The position numbers were made by a program, and so were the translations under genes. Under the pieces are notes generated by a model. The model was given only the letters and a program-made list of their open reading frames with translations, ran no database searches and was not told the origin of the DNA. 64,000 bases of DNA from Clostridia bacterium (GTDB taxonomy: Bacteria > Bacillota > Clostridia > Oscillospirales > RGIG577). Below, piece after piece: positions 9,283 to 17,897 of the stretch (position 1 is its first letter; each line of letters begins with the position of its first letter). The DNA is taken from assembly GCA_017513095.1 (NCBI GenBank), contig JAFWDJ010000007.1, positions 39,733 to 103,732 of the forward strand, read 5' to 3'.

Positions 9283-10620
9283 TCAGATCACGCTTTTGAT
9301 GTATTCGATGCATTCGTCATAGACGCCGAAGATCACCGGGTCGCACGCCGGATAGCAGATTCTGATCACGTCTTCGATCTCCTTAAGAAGCTTGTCCGAA
9401 GTGATTCCACACGCGTCTTTTATCTCCTCCTCCGTTACGGTGACGAGCGTATGGGCAAGCCGATTGCGCAGATCCTTAAGTCCGGCGTAATGGGCAAAGA
9501 GCGAACGCGATCTTGGGGGAACGTCCGGGAAAAAGGAAATCAGATCGTCGCACAACATCGTGCTGGCCTCGTTTTGTTTTATTTCCCACCGTCTTTCATT
9601 CATTATCTTTTCATAATGCCGGTAGAGATCCGGACGCACGTCTTTCAGCCTGTCGGGGTAAAATAAGCGGCGGCGTTCCCGCGAGATGAATTTGTCGATC
9701 TCTCCTCCCGTCTTATTAAGCAGCCTGTCAAGCTGCGCCAGCTGCAGCGTTAGCGTAAGCGGCTCCAGATGAAGCAAAAACTGCGTATAGTTACCCGTCT
9801 TCACCAGATTCTTCATCATAAGATAATATTCGCTTGCGTCGCTGTATTCCCTTCGGCTCCCGGTTTTATAGGCATAGAGCTTAAACGGCAGACCCTTTAC
9901 TTCATCGGCAAGCTGCTTTGCGGGCTTTTCCCTGAGTCTGCTGCGTGCGGCAAGGTGCATTGTCAGCGCCCGCACGTTCTCCGGCAGGGATTCTTTCAGT
10001 TTTTCCAGCGCCTCAAAGTTGCGGTCGTCAAGCAGCGTCACGATCTGGCGTCTGAGGAACTGACGTCGTATGGCATACATCTCGGGCTCGACGCAGCGGT
10101 TCTCCGCCTCGGGCAGCTCATCCTCGTTGCATTCCAGCTCCAGCTCGATATCATACTCACTGTGATTGGCGCGTTGGCTCCTGCCCGCCCCCTTCTCGAA
10201 ATTAATGACCTGTATGCCCTTCGCGCGGTATCGTATATCCGTCACAAGCTGCGAAAGTATCATTTGCATCTGCGGAGTGCCGGAGGTGACGTTTACCAAT
10301 ATCTCGGCGTCGTGGTTCTCTCTTGCGAGCCGTGTCATTACTTCGTGGATAGGAATATCCAGCGCGTCGATATCGTGCGCATTCCTGACGCTTAGCTCCT
10401 CGTACCTAAAATCGGGCCGATAGCCGTTCCAGTGCGCCGAAATCCACTCCAGAGTTCTTTCAAACCGTCCGTCCTTCATAGCAAGCTCGCGCATCTCGGG
10501 AGTGAAGATGAGCCATGCGCTTTCCGGGCGATAGTAGCGTAAAATATGCAGCATCGGTCCGTCATGTTCACCGCGCACAGGATCAGTGGTGCCTATACAG
10601 CTCAAAAGAATCTGTTTCAT
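9283..10620 (-). CDS. csm6: Csm6 (CARF + HEPN cyclic-oligoadenylate-activated RNase)
   Basis: 445 aa. The N-terminus MKQILLSCIGTTDPVRGEHDGPMLHILRYYRPE resembles streptococcal/enterococcal Csm6 CARF domains. The C-terminal HEPN R-X4-H motif is RNRLAH. Confidence 0.8.
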   Translation of the reverse strand: MKQILLSCIGTTDPVRGEHDGPMLHILRYYRPESAWLIFTPEMRELAMKDGRFERTLEWISAHWNGYRPDFRYEELSVRNAHDIDALDIPIHEVMTRLARENHDAEILVNVTSGTPQMQMILSQLVTDIRYRAKGIQVINFEKGAGRSQRANHSEYDIELELECNEDELPEAENRCVEPEMYAIRRQFLRRQIVTLLDDRNFEALEKLKESLPENVRALTMHLAARSRLREKPAKQLADEVKGLPFKLYAYKTGSRREYSDASEYYLMMKNLVKTGNYTQFLLHLEPLTLTLQLAQLDRLLNKTGGEIDKFISRERRRLFYPDRLKDVRPDLYRHYEKIMNERRWEIKQNEASTMLCDDLISFFPDVPPRSRSLFAHYAGLKDLRNRLAHTLVTVTEEEIKDACGITSDKLLKEIEDVIRICYPACDPVIFGVYDECIEYIKSVI

Positions 10621-10678
10621 ATTGTTCCTTCCTTTCCGTTTGGTATTCCGCGAATCTTCACGGTTGCTCTGTATTATT

Positions 10679-10707
10679 ATTATACCAACCTCGCATCACA
10701 TTTCATA
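10679..10707 (-). promoter_or_regulatory. Duplicated extended -10 promoter, now upstream of csm6
   Basis: It has the same TATGAA, 17 nt, TGgTATAAT arrangement as 1989-2017. Confidence 0.5.
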
Positions 10708-10743
10708 GCAGAAAATCGAACTAATTTGCTGCGGCAATGCAGT

Positions 10744-10772
10744 AAAAAACGCACGCCTAAGCGTGCGCTTTT
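10744..10772. terminator. Bidirectional terminator (duplicate of 2054-2082)
   Basis: The hairpin GCACGC-CTAA-GCGTGC and its A/T flanks are identical to those at 2054-2082. Confidence 0.7.
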
Positions 10773-10828
10773 GGGAAAGGGGCTAAAAAGACGGATTAGA
10801 GTGAAATATCTCCACTCGCGCCCGCAGA

Positions 10829-10895
10829 CATTTCACACGCCGCAGGCGTATTTCACGCGCGAAGCGCGTTTCACAAATCCGTGAAACGGATTTAT
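10829..10895 (+). repeat. Three tandem modules, each ATTTCAC followed by a short perfect hairpin
   Basis: The modules are atttcac-ACGCCgcaGGCGT, atttcac-GCGCgaaGCGC and tttcac-AAATCCGtgaaACGGATTT. A GTGAAAT (reverse motif) sits at 10801. Confidence 0.6.
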
Positions 10896-10902
10896 TTTGT
10901 TG

Positions 10903-10948
10903 ACGCCTCCTGAGGACTGCGAGAAACAGTCTACGGGAGGCGTTTTAT
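10903..10948 (+). terminator. Long hairpin plus T-tract (plus-strand terminator with no obvious upstream gene)
   Basis: ACGCCTCC...GACTGcgagaaaCAGTC...GGAGGCGT followed by TTTTA. Confidence 0.5.
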
Positions 10949-11093
10949 TATACTATAAAAACTCAAAGCCCTTTGAAATCAAAGCGTATCGTGCAAAACA
11001 GGCAGCAGACTCTCTATCAAAATCTGCTGCCTGTTTGGGCTAACGATTATTGTTTTGACATAATCGGGGTTATCGTTAAATTTCATAACGTCA

Positions 11094-11279
11094 CTATTTG
11101 GAAAAATCAAACGAACCTTTAAAAACAGATTGCTGATGAAACTTGAGATACTCCATTCTCTTTTCGTTCATAGGTAATGGTTTTATAAATGTACCGTTCT
11201 TGTCGGCAGCGTAATCCTTCACGAGCTTCAGTATCTTGTTTTGCTCCTCCGGCAGATCGTCGGTCAGGGCGATGTTCAT
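11094..11279 (-). CDS. Small hypothetical protein (61 aa)
   Basis: The ORF has a good RBS (AAGGAG, 8 nt, then ATG at MNIALTDDLPEEQ). The N-terminus vaguely resembles the start of a receiver domain. No family was recognised. Confidence 0.35.
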   Translation of the reverse strand: MNIALTDDLPEEQNKILKLVKDYAADKNGTFIKPLPMNEKRMEYLKFHQQSVFKGSFDFSK

Positions 11280-11345
11280 CTGCGTCACTCCTTCATTGGC
11301 TATAAATAACCATAATATCATACCATATATTTTCCCCGTCCCGCA

Positions 11346-11383
11346 TGTCGATTCGGCACAGATTTCTGTCGATTCGGCACAGA
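11346..11383. repeat. Two perfect 17-bp direct repeats TGTCGATTCGGCACAGA spaced 21 bp start to start
   Basis: Copies at 11346-11362 and 11367-11383, in the divergent intergenic region between 11279 and 11420. Confidence 0.8.
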
Positions 11384-11419
11384 CCCCTTGCTAATCCCGG
11401 CGCATTCCCCTAAATTAAT

Positions 11420-11848
11420 GTGAAACGGCTGCGACTGTTATGCCTGCGGAAAGTGAGGAGATTTGCAGTGAATGCGGTGAACTATTTGAGAGATGACCTA
11501 AAATACGCTTCCACGGCGGGGATCCTGCGGGAAGAATCTGAGCGGATGGATTTGTTTCGAGACCCCCTTGACGGTCACGGGCACTACGACTATCCCTATG
11601 ATTTGGTCGTCGTGGCGCCGGAGGGCGCGAAAGGAATGAACATAGTGACGGAATGGTCGGACCGGTATCCGAACGCCGGGATCATCCGGCTCACCAGCGA
11701 CCCGGGTTTTCTCAAGGTCGCATTCAGCAAGCACCTGAGCGATTTTCTGATCTGCCCGTTCATCGAGAGCGAATTCCGTCAGTCCGTCCGAAACGTTCTC
11801 TACGGACCCTCAAGGAGGAAGCCCCGATGTATGGAGCCAGGCGGATGA
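11420..11848 (+). CDS. Hypothetical protein with a degenerate receiver-like C-terminal half (possible gene remnant)
   Basis: GTG start. The stretch DLVVVAPEG...IIRLTSDP...DFLICPF resembles a REC domain with the phospho-acceptor Asp and the conserved Lys replaced. Coding status is weak. Confidence 0.3.
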   Translation: MKRLRLLCLRKVRRFAVNAVNYLRDDLKYASTAGILREESERMDLFRDPLDGHGHYDYPYDLVVVAPEGAKGMNIVTEWSDRYPNAGIIRLTSDPGFLKVAFSKHLSDFLICPFIESEFRQSVRNVLYGPSRRKPRCMEPGG

Positions 11849-11902
11849 GACTATAGAAAAGCGGCATACCGACCCCACACAATACGAAAGGATCTGATCT
11901 GA

Positions 11903-14066
11903 ATGATGAAAACCACACTGAAATAAAGAGGAATGGCGCTGATGATAGCCCTGGCCATGTGCCTCTTTTTGGGGACGTTCATCCTCCCCCAGCAGGCCAG
12001 GGCAGAAAGCTACCAGACTTTTGACACCTCAAAGACCTAATTCATCTGGCTGAAAGAGGATAACGGGGCGATGAACTATCGCCGGAACGCCAACGGGCTC
12101 AACAAGGAGGATCATATCCACCTGGATGTCCCCTCCGGCGGCAACTGCGTGATGACCTTCAAGGACGGCGGCAGCGGCTATTACGGCATCCGGTTCGAGA
12201 GCCGGTATATTGACACGTCGGAAGACGACAGCAGCACCGGCCAATGGATCCATCAGTGGAGCGAGGATCTGAGCCGGGACAACCAGAAATTCAAATTCAT
12301 CCCGGTGGAGGGCGAGCCTGACACCTATTATATCCAGAGCAAAAAGGGCAATATCTATGTGGGACTGAAGGACAACAAAGCCGCCCAGCACACACCGCTG
12401 AAGACCGTCGACAGCAATCATAAGTGCAAATGGGTGGTGGTGCCCACGGATCGGGTGCCCTTCCCCACCGACAAATCCGAAACCTTTGACACATCCAAGC
12501 AGTACTATCTCTGGCTGAAGGAGGGCGACACCTGTACGTATGACTATCGCTGGAATGCCAACGGGACCGGCTGGAAGGATGAGATCCATCTGGACATCCC
12601 CGCCGGTGCCAATTGCAAGTTTACCTTCAAGGACATGGGCAACAACTATTATGCCATCAGGTTTGATAAACGGTATGTCGACATGAAGGACAACCTGCAG
12701 CAGTTGGGAAGGATCCTGTGGCAGTGGGAAGACGATCCGAACCAGGCCAACCGGAACTTCCGGTTCATCCCGGTGGAAGGCGAGCCCAATACGTATTACA
12801 TCCAAATCAAAAGAAACGGCTTGTATGTGGGGCTGGAAGGCTTCCAGGCTGCGGAACGATATCGGAATCTGGCGTGCGTCGATGCGGACCACGCCTGCAA
12901 ATGGGAGGTGATCTCCACCGATATGACCCAACTTGAGTCCAACGCCAAACTTCCGGGGGCCAGGGAACGCCCTGCCCAGCCGTATCCCCGTGGTGGTCTT
13001 CGACTCCGACGGCGGCAGCAGGGTGCCTTACCAGACGGTCCAAACCGGCCAATGCGCCGTGAAGCCCGGCGACCCTGTAAGAACCGGCTATACCTTCCAG
13101 GGCTGGCAGCTGAACGGCGCGGCCTATGACTTCAGCACCCCCGTCAACGAGAGCTTCACCCTGACGGCCATCTGGAAGAAGAACAGCTCCGGAGGAGGAG
13201 GAGGAGGAGGGGGAGCCGTCACCTATGCCGTCAGCCTGCCCGCGGACCTTGTGAACGCCGTCTCCCATGGAAAAATCGTCTCCAGCCATCTCAGCGCCCG
13301 GTCCGGACAGAAGGTGACCCTCACCGCAAGCCCTGACGAGGGCTGGCTGGTGTCCGGCGTCACCGTGACGGACAAGAACGGCAATGCCGTGACCGTCACG
13401 AAAAACGAAGACGGGACCTTCAGCTTCACCATGCCCTCGGGGGCTGTCACCGTGAACCCCGTCTTTGAGAAGAGCAAGGGGCCGGACGCCTCTGATGCGC
13501 CTGAGTCCTCCGATGTTCCAGACGCCGGGAAAGTCTTCGAGGATGTCCCCGAGGACGCCTGGTACCGCGACGCGGTGCAGTGGGCGGTGGAGAACGGCGT
13601 CACCACCGGCACCGACGAGACCCATTTCAGCCCCAACGCCCCCTGCACCCGCGCCCAAATGGTGACCTTCCTCTGGCGGGCCGCCGGAGAACCGGAGCCT
13701 GCGGGCGGTTCCGTGCCGTTTGGGGATATACAGGCCGGCAGCTACTATGAAAAGGCCGTAGCCTGGGCGGTGGAGAACGGCATCACCAACGGCGTGGACG
13801 AGACTCGGTTTGCCCCCGGCGACACCGTGTCCCGGGCTCAGACCGTCGCCTTCCTCTTCCGCTATGCCTTCCTCTATGCCAAGGCCGACGCGGAAGTCAC
13901 CGATGCGTTTGTGGATGTGTCCCCGGAGGCGTGGTACGCCGAGGCCGTGGCCTGGGCTGCAAAGAAGGGCATTGCTCAGGGCGTGGATGACACTCACTTT
14001 GCTCCCAACGACGACTGCGTGAGAGGACAGATCGTGACCTTCCTGTATCGCCTGATGGCCGGGTGA
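11903..14066 (+). pseudogene. Disrupted cell-surface protein: signal peptide, 2 lectin-like repeats, Flg_new (Listeria-Bacteroides) repeat, poly-Gly linker, 3 SLH domains
   Basis: The reading frame MMKTTLK*RGMALMIALAMCLFLGTFILPQQARAESYQTFDTSKT*FIWLKEDNGAMNYRRNANG has in-frame TAA stops at 11924-11926 and 12038-12040. The second TAA aligns with Y in the internal repeat FDTSKQYYLWLKEG. A frameshift near 12930-12960 joins ORFs 12071..13129 and 12933..14066. The SLH motifs are FEDVPEDAWYRDAVQWAVENGV, FGDIQAGSYYEKAVAWAVENGI and FVDVSPEAWYAEAVAWAAKKGI. Confidence 0.75.
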
Positions 14067-14136
14067 GAAGCAGCAGAGGGCTGAGATTCACCCGTAACGA
14101 TACGCCATAAAAGTTACAAAGAAAACCAAAATAAGA

Positions 14137-14171
14137 GAGACGGGATCGCTGCTGTGGCCCCGTCTCTTTTT
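14137..14171 (+). terminator. Rho-independent terminator after the SLH pseudogene
   Basis: GAGACGGG, 13 nt, CCCCGTCTC, then TTTTT. Confidence 0.7.
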
Positions 14172-14376
14172 GTCTGCAGCATAGTATTCTGTTGCCTCTT
14201 GATTAAACGGTTACACGTCCATTTATAGATGGGTAAACGGTTATCCGGATTATGGAGTGTTCAGATATGAATATTTTTATATTTTTCCGTCACGCGCTGT
14301 CTTTCGTTACAGGAATATGACCGGCCTTGGGGACGGCGTTCAGATATCAAGTCCAATGTCCTCAATAAATACAAGA

Positions 14377-14413
14377 AATCCGAACTCTGCCCTACCGGGA
14401 CAAAGTTCGGATT
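14377..14413 (-). terminator. Hairpin (AATCCGAACT...AGTTCGGATT) downstream, on the minus strand, of element Y
   Basis: 10-bp perfect stem, followed on the minus strand by a T-rich tract cttgtatttatt. Confidence 0.5.
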
Positions 14414-14421
14414 CTCAAGTG

Positions 14422-14477
14422 TGTCTATGGGGTACGTAAAAGATGGATTTGCGTTTTTGATAGATGGATTCGAACCC
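14422..14477. repeat. Copy Y of the conserved intergenic element with a tRNA T-arm-like core
   Basis: tgtctatggggtacgtaaaagatggatttgcgtttttgatagatggattcgaaccc. It differs from copy Z by 2 substitutions and 1 indel (hand alignment). It starts 13 nt after the stop codon of the minus-strand gene 14491..15102. Confidence 0.85.
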
Positions 14478-14490
14478 TCGAAGTAATGAA

Positions 14491-15102
14491 TTATTCTACG
14501 GAAATAATCAACTCTACCGCTCCATTGCCGAGGAGCGATGTAAGTTCTGAACTGTTCAGACCGTCTATTCTTCCAAGTCGAGTATACGCCCATGAATTGG
14601 AACCGTAAAACACAACGATTTGGTTGCCGGAATACAGCATGATATCACCGGCCTCGGTGGTCGTCTGCACGTCGTCTCTCGGAAGACTTGTACCGATTGG
14701 ACCGACCTGCTCGAAGCCGCCGTACATCGACATCTGTATCGCGATCGGCGCTTCCTCTGCAAACTCCCTCAGAGCTGTCACGGATTCGTTATCCTCCCAC
14801 GCGACGTATACTTCCTGCCCGTCGATTTTGAGTATCAGATCGGTTTTCACCGGAGTATCCTCCGTTTTTGGGATTGGTTGGCTGCCCGGCTCTGAGGTTA
14901 TATTCATCTGTGATTCAGTGCTTTCGGTTTTCTCGGGAAGTGCCGTGTCTTCCGCAACTGTTCCGAGCGAATCATTTACAGCTGCTGATACTGCTTCCGT
15001 CGCTTCTGTTTTCGCGCAACCGAATAAGGTAAACAGCAGCAGAAAGGCAATGCAAACCGTTACTTGCTTACGCCAGCGACTTGCCAAACCGGTATGCTTC
15101 AT
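14491..15102 (-). CDS. Cyclophilin-like-fold lipoprotein (putative)
   Basis: The start was moved to MKHTGLASRWRKQVTVCIAFLLLFTLFGC (lipobox). The C-terminal region ILKIDGQEVYVAWEDNESV...GDIMLYSGNQIVVFYGSNSW matches the cyclophilin-like domain family commonly found in LysR-linked clusters. Confidence 0.55.
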   Translation of the reverse strand: MKHTGLASRWRKQVTVCIAFLLLFTLFGCAKTEATEAVSAAVNDSLGTVAEDTALPEKTESTESQMNITSEPGSQPIPKTEDTPVKTDLILKIDGQEVYVAWEDNESVTALREFAEEAPIAIQMSMYGGFEQVGPIGTSLPRDDVQTTTEAGDIMLYSGNQIVVFYGSNSWAYTRLGRIDGLNSSELTSLLGNGAVELIISVE

Positions 15103-15610
15103 CTTGTTCCTCCTCCTTTCCGTTTGCTTCGCCCGCGTCGGAGATCCCTCCGCAGAACAGCGAGCCCGCAAGCTCCGCCTTTTCAAAGCAATCGACCCAG
15201 CCCTGCAACCCGCTGACGGCCTTTTCGGGAACGTATTCCTCGTCCTCGGTTGCGGTTGAAAGCATATATACCTTGCGGAATTTGTAGTCAGACGGATACA
15301 GCGGATTCAGACGGTCAAGCAGCGTCTTCATCTGTCCGCTCATCTCGTAGTAATAGATCGGGGTTACGAACACGAGCGTATCCGCATTCTTGACCTTTTC
15401 CGCGATCTCAACGGCGTCGTCTTTCAGCACACACTTTTGCGTCTTCTGACAGGCGAGGCAGCCGATGCAGTATCGGACCTCTTTCCCCTTCAGGCTGATG
15501 CACTCCACATCATGCCCGGCTTCCTTTGCGCCCCGAATCAGTTCCTCTGCCAGTCGGTCTGAATTGCTCTTTACCCGCAGGCTTGTTGTGATCACAATTA
15601 CCTTGCTCAT
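15068..15610 (-). CDS. Flavodoxin-like NAD(P)H-dependent FMN reductase / iron-sulfur flavoprotein
   Basis: MSKVIVITTSLRVKSNSDRLAEE...CIGCLACQKTQKCVLKDD is typical of the FMN-reductase fold with a Cys cluster. Confidence 0.7.
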   Translation of the reverse strand: MSKVIVITTSLRVKSNSDRLAEELIRGAKEAGHDVECISLKGKEVRYCIGCLACQKTQKCVLKDDAVEIAEKVKNADTLVFVTPIYYYEMSGQMKTLLDRLNPLYPSDYKFRKVYMLSTATEDEEYVPEKAVSGLQGWVDCFEKAELAGSLFCGGISDAGEANGKEEEQDEAYRFGKSLA

Positions 15611-16608
15611 TTCAGATTCTCCTTCATGAACGCTTCGATCTTATCGAATGGGATGCAGTTGCCTTCGCCGCCGTCGTACAAATCGGTGTGAGACACGCCG
15701 GGGATAATACAGAGTTCCTTGTTGTCCGCGTACTTGCTGTCCTTCACCATATCGGCGTAGGCGTCGCGGCTCATGTAACAGGAATGCGCCTTGTCGCCGT
15801 GGATCATCAAAACGGCGGAGCGGATTTCTTTTGCGTAGGTGAACAGGCGCATATTCATAAGCGAGGTGCCGGCGCTGGCCGCCCAGCCGTCGTTGGAGTT
15901 CAGGGAGCGGGGATGATAGCCGCGGGGAGTCTTATAATAATCATAGTAGTCCTTTACAAAGTACGGCGCGTCCTCCGGCAGAGGGTCGACTACGCCGCCC
16001 GCTCTGACATATTCACCGGTTTTGTAATCCTGCGTCCGCTGTGTATTGACAGCAATTCGCGCTTGATGCCGTGCTTCTTCGTTGTCGGCAGCGTCGAAGT
16101 ACCCGTTGCCGGCTACACGGGACATATCATACATCGTGGACGTCACAGTCGCTTTGACCCTTGTATCGATGCAGGCAGTCTGCAGAGCCATCCCGCCCCA
16201 GCCGCAGATGCCCATAATTCCGATGCGCTCGGGATCGACGTTCTCCTGCACGGACAGAAAGTCTACCGCAGCCTGAAAATCTTCCACGTCAATATCAGGG
16301 GAGTGCATCGCACGGGGGAAGCCGCCGGATTCGCCGGTAAAGGACGGATCGAAGGCGACGGTCAGGAAACCGCGCTCCGCCATCGTCTGCGCGTACAGGC
16401 CGGAAGACTGCTCCTTGCAAGCGCCAAAGGGGCCGCTGACGGCAATGGCGGGAAGCTTTCCGTCCGCATCCTTCGGCGTGTACATGTCCGCCGCGAGGGT
16501 AATGCCGAAGTGATTGACGAAGGTCACTTTCTTATGATCGACCTTCTCGCTTTTTGGGAACACCTTGTCCCATTCCTGCGTTAGCTTCAGTTCTTCTGTT
16601 TTCATCAT
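15607..16608 (-). CDS. Alpha/beta hydrolase family protein
   Basis: 333 aa with a nucleophile-elbow-like GICGWGG and overall dienelactone-hydrolase-like architecture. Confidence 0.65.
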   Translation of the reverse strand: MMKTEELKLTQEWDKVFPKSEKVDHKKVTFVNHFGITLAADMYTPKDADGKLPAIAVSGPFGACKEQSSGLYAQTMAERGFLTVAFDPSFTGESGGFPRAMHSPDIDVEDFQAAVDFLSVQENVDPERIGIMGICGWGGMALQTACIDTRVKATVTSTMYDMSRVAGNGYFDAADNEEARHQARIAVNTQRTQDYKTGEYVRAGGVVDPLPEDAPYFVKDYYDYYKTPRGYHPRSLNSNDGWAASAGTSLMNMRLFTYAKEIRSAVLMIHGDKAHSCYMSRDAYADMVKDSKYADNKELCIIPGVSHTDLYDGGEGNCIPFDKIEAFMKENLK

Positions 16609-16630
16609 GACCGTTTCATCCTTTCAGAGA

Positions 16631-16849
16631 TCAATTCGTTTTTGATTGTCGGATCAGGTAGTCCATGCGATCCACTCGGCGCTGACTCTCGTGCATTTCC
16701 TCCACCAGCTCACAACGCTGTAAACGGAGAAACCGGACAAGTTCATCTCGTGCGTCTCTTTGATAGAGCTCGATCGCCTTTGCGACCGTATCCTGACTCA
16801 TTCCCGCATCTTCCATGCAGTTTTTCAGTGTTTCTGTGTAATCAGCCAT
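16631..16849 (-). CDS. Small hypothetical protein (72 aa), first gene of the operon divergent from lysR
   Basis: ORF with an RBS. The start was moved to MADYTETLKNCMEDAG. No family was recognised. Confidence 0.4.
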   Translation of the reverse strand: MADYTETLKNCMEDAGMSQDTVAKAIELYQRDARDELVRFLRLQRCELVEEMHESQRRVDRMDYLIRQSKTN

Positions 16850-16979
16850 CGGTTGTCGTTCTCCTTGGCTCCTTTTCCCTTGAAGCAATTTCATTATAGC
16901 GTATTGATTTCTTTCTCGCTAATAGTTATAATGAATATCGTGATATTCACAACAGGAATATCAAGGAAAGGGGCTATAT

Positions 16980-17897
16980 ATGGAGATTCGCACTCTGAAA
17001 TACTTTCTCGCCGTTGCGCGGGAGGAGAATATGACCCGCGCGGCCGAGCAGCTTCACGTAACACAGCCCACGCTTTCAAAGGCTCTGAAATCTTTGGAAG
17101 ATGAGCTTGACAAAAAACTCTTTACCCGCCACAGCTTTAGCATTCGTCTGACGGATGAGGGCGTCTTGCTTCGCGAGCGTGCGGAGGATCTGATTAGCAT
17201 GGCAGACAAAATCGAAAAGGAGTTCCTCTCTCTGGACGATATCACCGGCGGGGAGCTTTTTCTCGGTCTTGCGGAGTCCTATCAGATCGCACACGTCGCA
17301 AACGCGATCAAGGCGCTGAAGGAACGCTACCCCAGGCTGCAGTATCACATTATCAGCGGCGATACCGAGCAGATTGCAGGGAAGCTGCAAAAAGGACTTC
17401 TCGATTTTGTCGTTCTTGCGGAAGATCCCGATCCGAGGAAATATGACTTCATCCCTTTCCCGGAAGCGGACGTGTGGGGGCTCGTTTTTCCCGCCGATGA
17501 TCCGCTTGCGGCAAAGGATCAGATCAGCCTCTCCGATTTGATCGGGCTGCCGCTGTTCTGCTCGGAGCAGGCATGGATACACGAATTTAAAGCGTGGGCG
17601 GGCAACAAATACGATGCGCTTCATCTGGAAGGATCGTTTCGCCTGTCCTACAACGGTTCGATCTTTGCAAAAGCCGGTCTTGGCTATTTGCTTACCTTTG
17701 ATAAACTGATCGACGTCTCTCCGGATAGCGGGTTGGTGTTTAGGCCGCTCACTCCGCGCCTTGAAACGAAGTTGTATCTCGTCTGGAAAAAGTATCAGAC
17801 GCACACGCCGATTGCGGAACGATTTTTGGAGCATATTCGCAACACGTTCCACTCGGGAGAAGACACCGTTCAAGAAGAAACCGGATTTTCTCATTAA
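16980..17897 (+). CDS. LysR-family transcriptional regulator
   Basis: The N-terminal HTH MEIRTLKYFLAVAREENMTRAAEQLHVTQPTLSKALKSLE is followed by a LysR substrate-binding domain. It is divergent from the hydrolase operon. Confidence 0.9.
   Translation: MEIRTLKYFLAVAREENMTRAAEQLHVTQPTLSKALKSLEDELDKKLFTRHSFSIRLTDEGVLLRERAEDLISMADKIEKEFLSLDDITGGELFLGLAESYQIAHVANAIKALKERYPRLQYHIISGDTEQIAGKLQKGLLDFVVLAEDPDPRKYDFIPFPEADVWGLVFPADDPLAAKDQISLSDLIGLPLFCSEQAWIHEFKAWAGNKYDALHLEGSFRLSYNGSIFAKAGLGYLLTFDKLIDVSPDSGLVFRPLTPRLETKLYLVWKKYQTHTPIAERFLEHIRNTFHSGEDTVQEETGFSH

Larger units (their letters stand above)
10618..10777. repeat. Direct repeat copy B (~160 bp) bracketing the CRISPR-Cas cassette
   Basis: Aligns with 1928-2087 and begins exactly at the csm6 start codon. 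It carries the same RBS, promoter and terminator. Confidence 0.9.

Noticed and set aside
2089-10617. Searched the cassette and flanks for cas1, cas2, a reverse transcriptase, a ring nuclease or other CARF/SAVED accessory genes beyond csm6
   Set aside because: No ORF with such signatures is present. All six-frame ORFs longer than 100 aa in the cassette other than the seven cas/csm genes are antisense shadows.
10546-10884. ORF 10546..10884 (112 aa, plus) and its counterpart 1898..2149
   Set aside because: Both run through the duplicated promoter/terminator module and are similar only because of the 160-bp repeat. They have no RBS and no coding signal.
12029-13997. Long minus-strand ORFs 12029..12931 (300 aa) and 12807..13997 (396 aa)
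   Set aside because: These are shadow ORFs antisense to the G+C-rich lectin/SLH pseudogene. They are low-complexity G/A/P/R/V-rich translations with no motifs. The plus strand carries clear SLH and Flg_new domains.
14422-14477. Possibility that elements X/Y/Z are intact tRNA genes or duplicated ssrA 3' ends (att sites of an ssrA-targeting island)
   Set aside because: Only a T-arm-like GGTTCGAAyCC core is present. No D-arm or anticodon arm can be drawn, because the adjacent sequence is CDS, and the acceptor-like segment is A/T-rich. Aligned by eye against the tmRNA 3' end (TGGTGGAGGCGAGGAGAGTCGAACTCC), there is no similarity beyond the generic TCGAAC.
15688-16584. 298-aa plus-strand ORF 15688..16584. 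Similar long antisense ORFs occur at 17076..17894, 35671..36567, 37864..38556, 39598..40248, 41111..41998, 49887..50471, 52479..53045 and 54456..55109
   Set aside because: Each lies fully inside, and antisense to, a gene with strong family signatures (hydrolase, LysR, hbd, thiolase, gamma-CA-like, NMO, lpd, purL). The translations are Arg/Gly/His-rich with no motifs.
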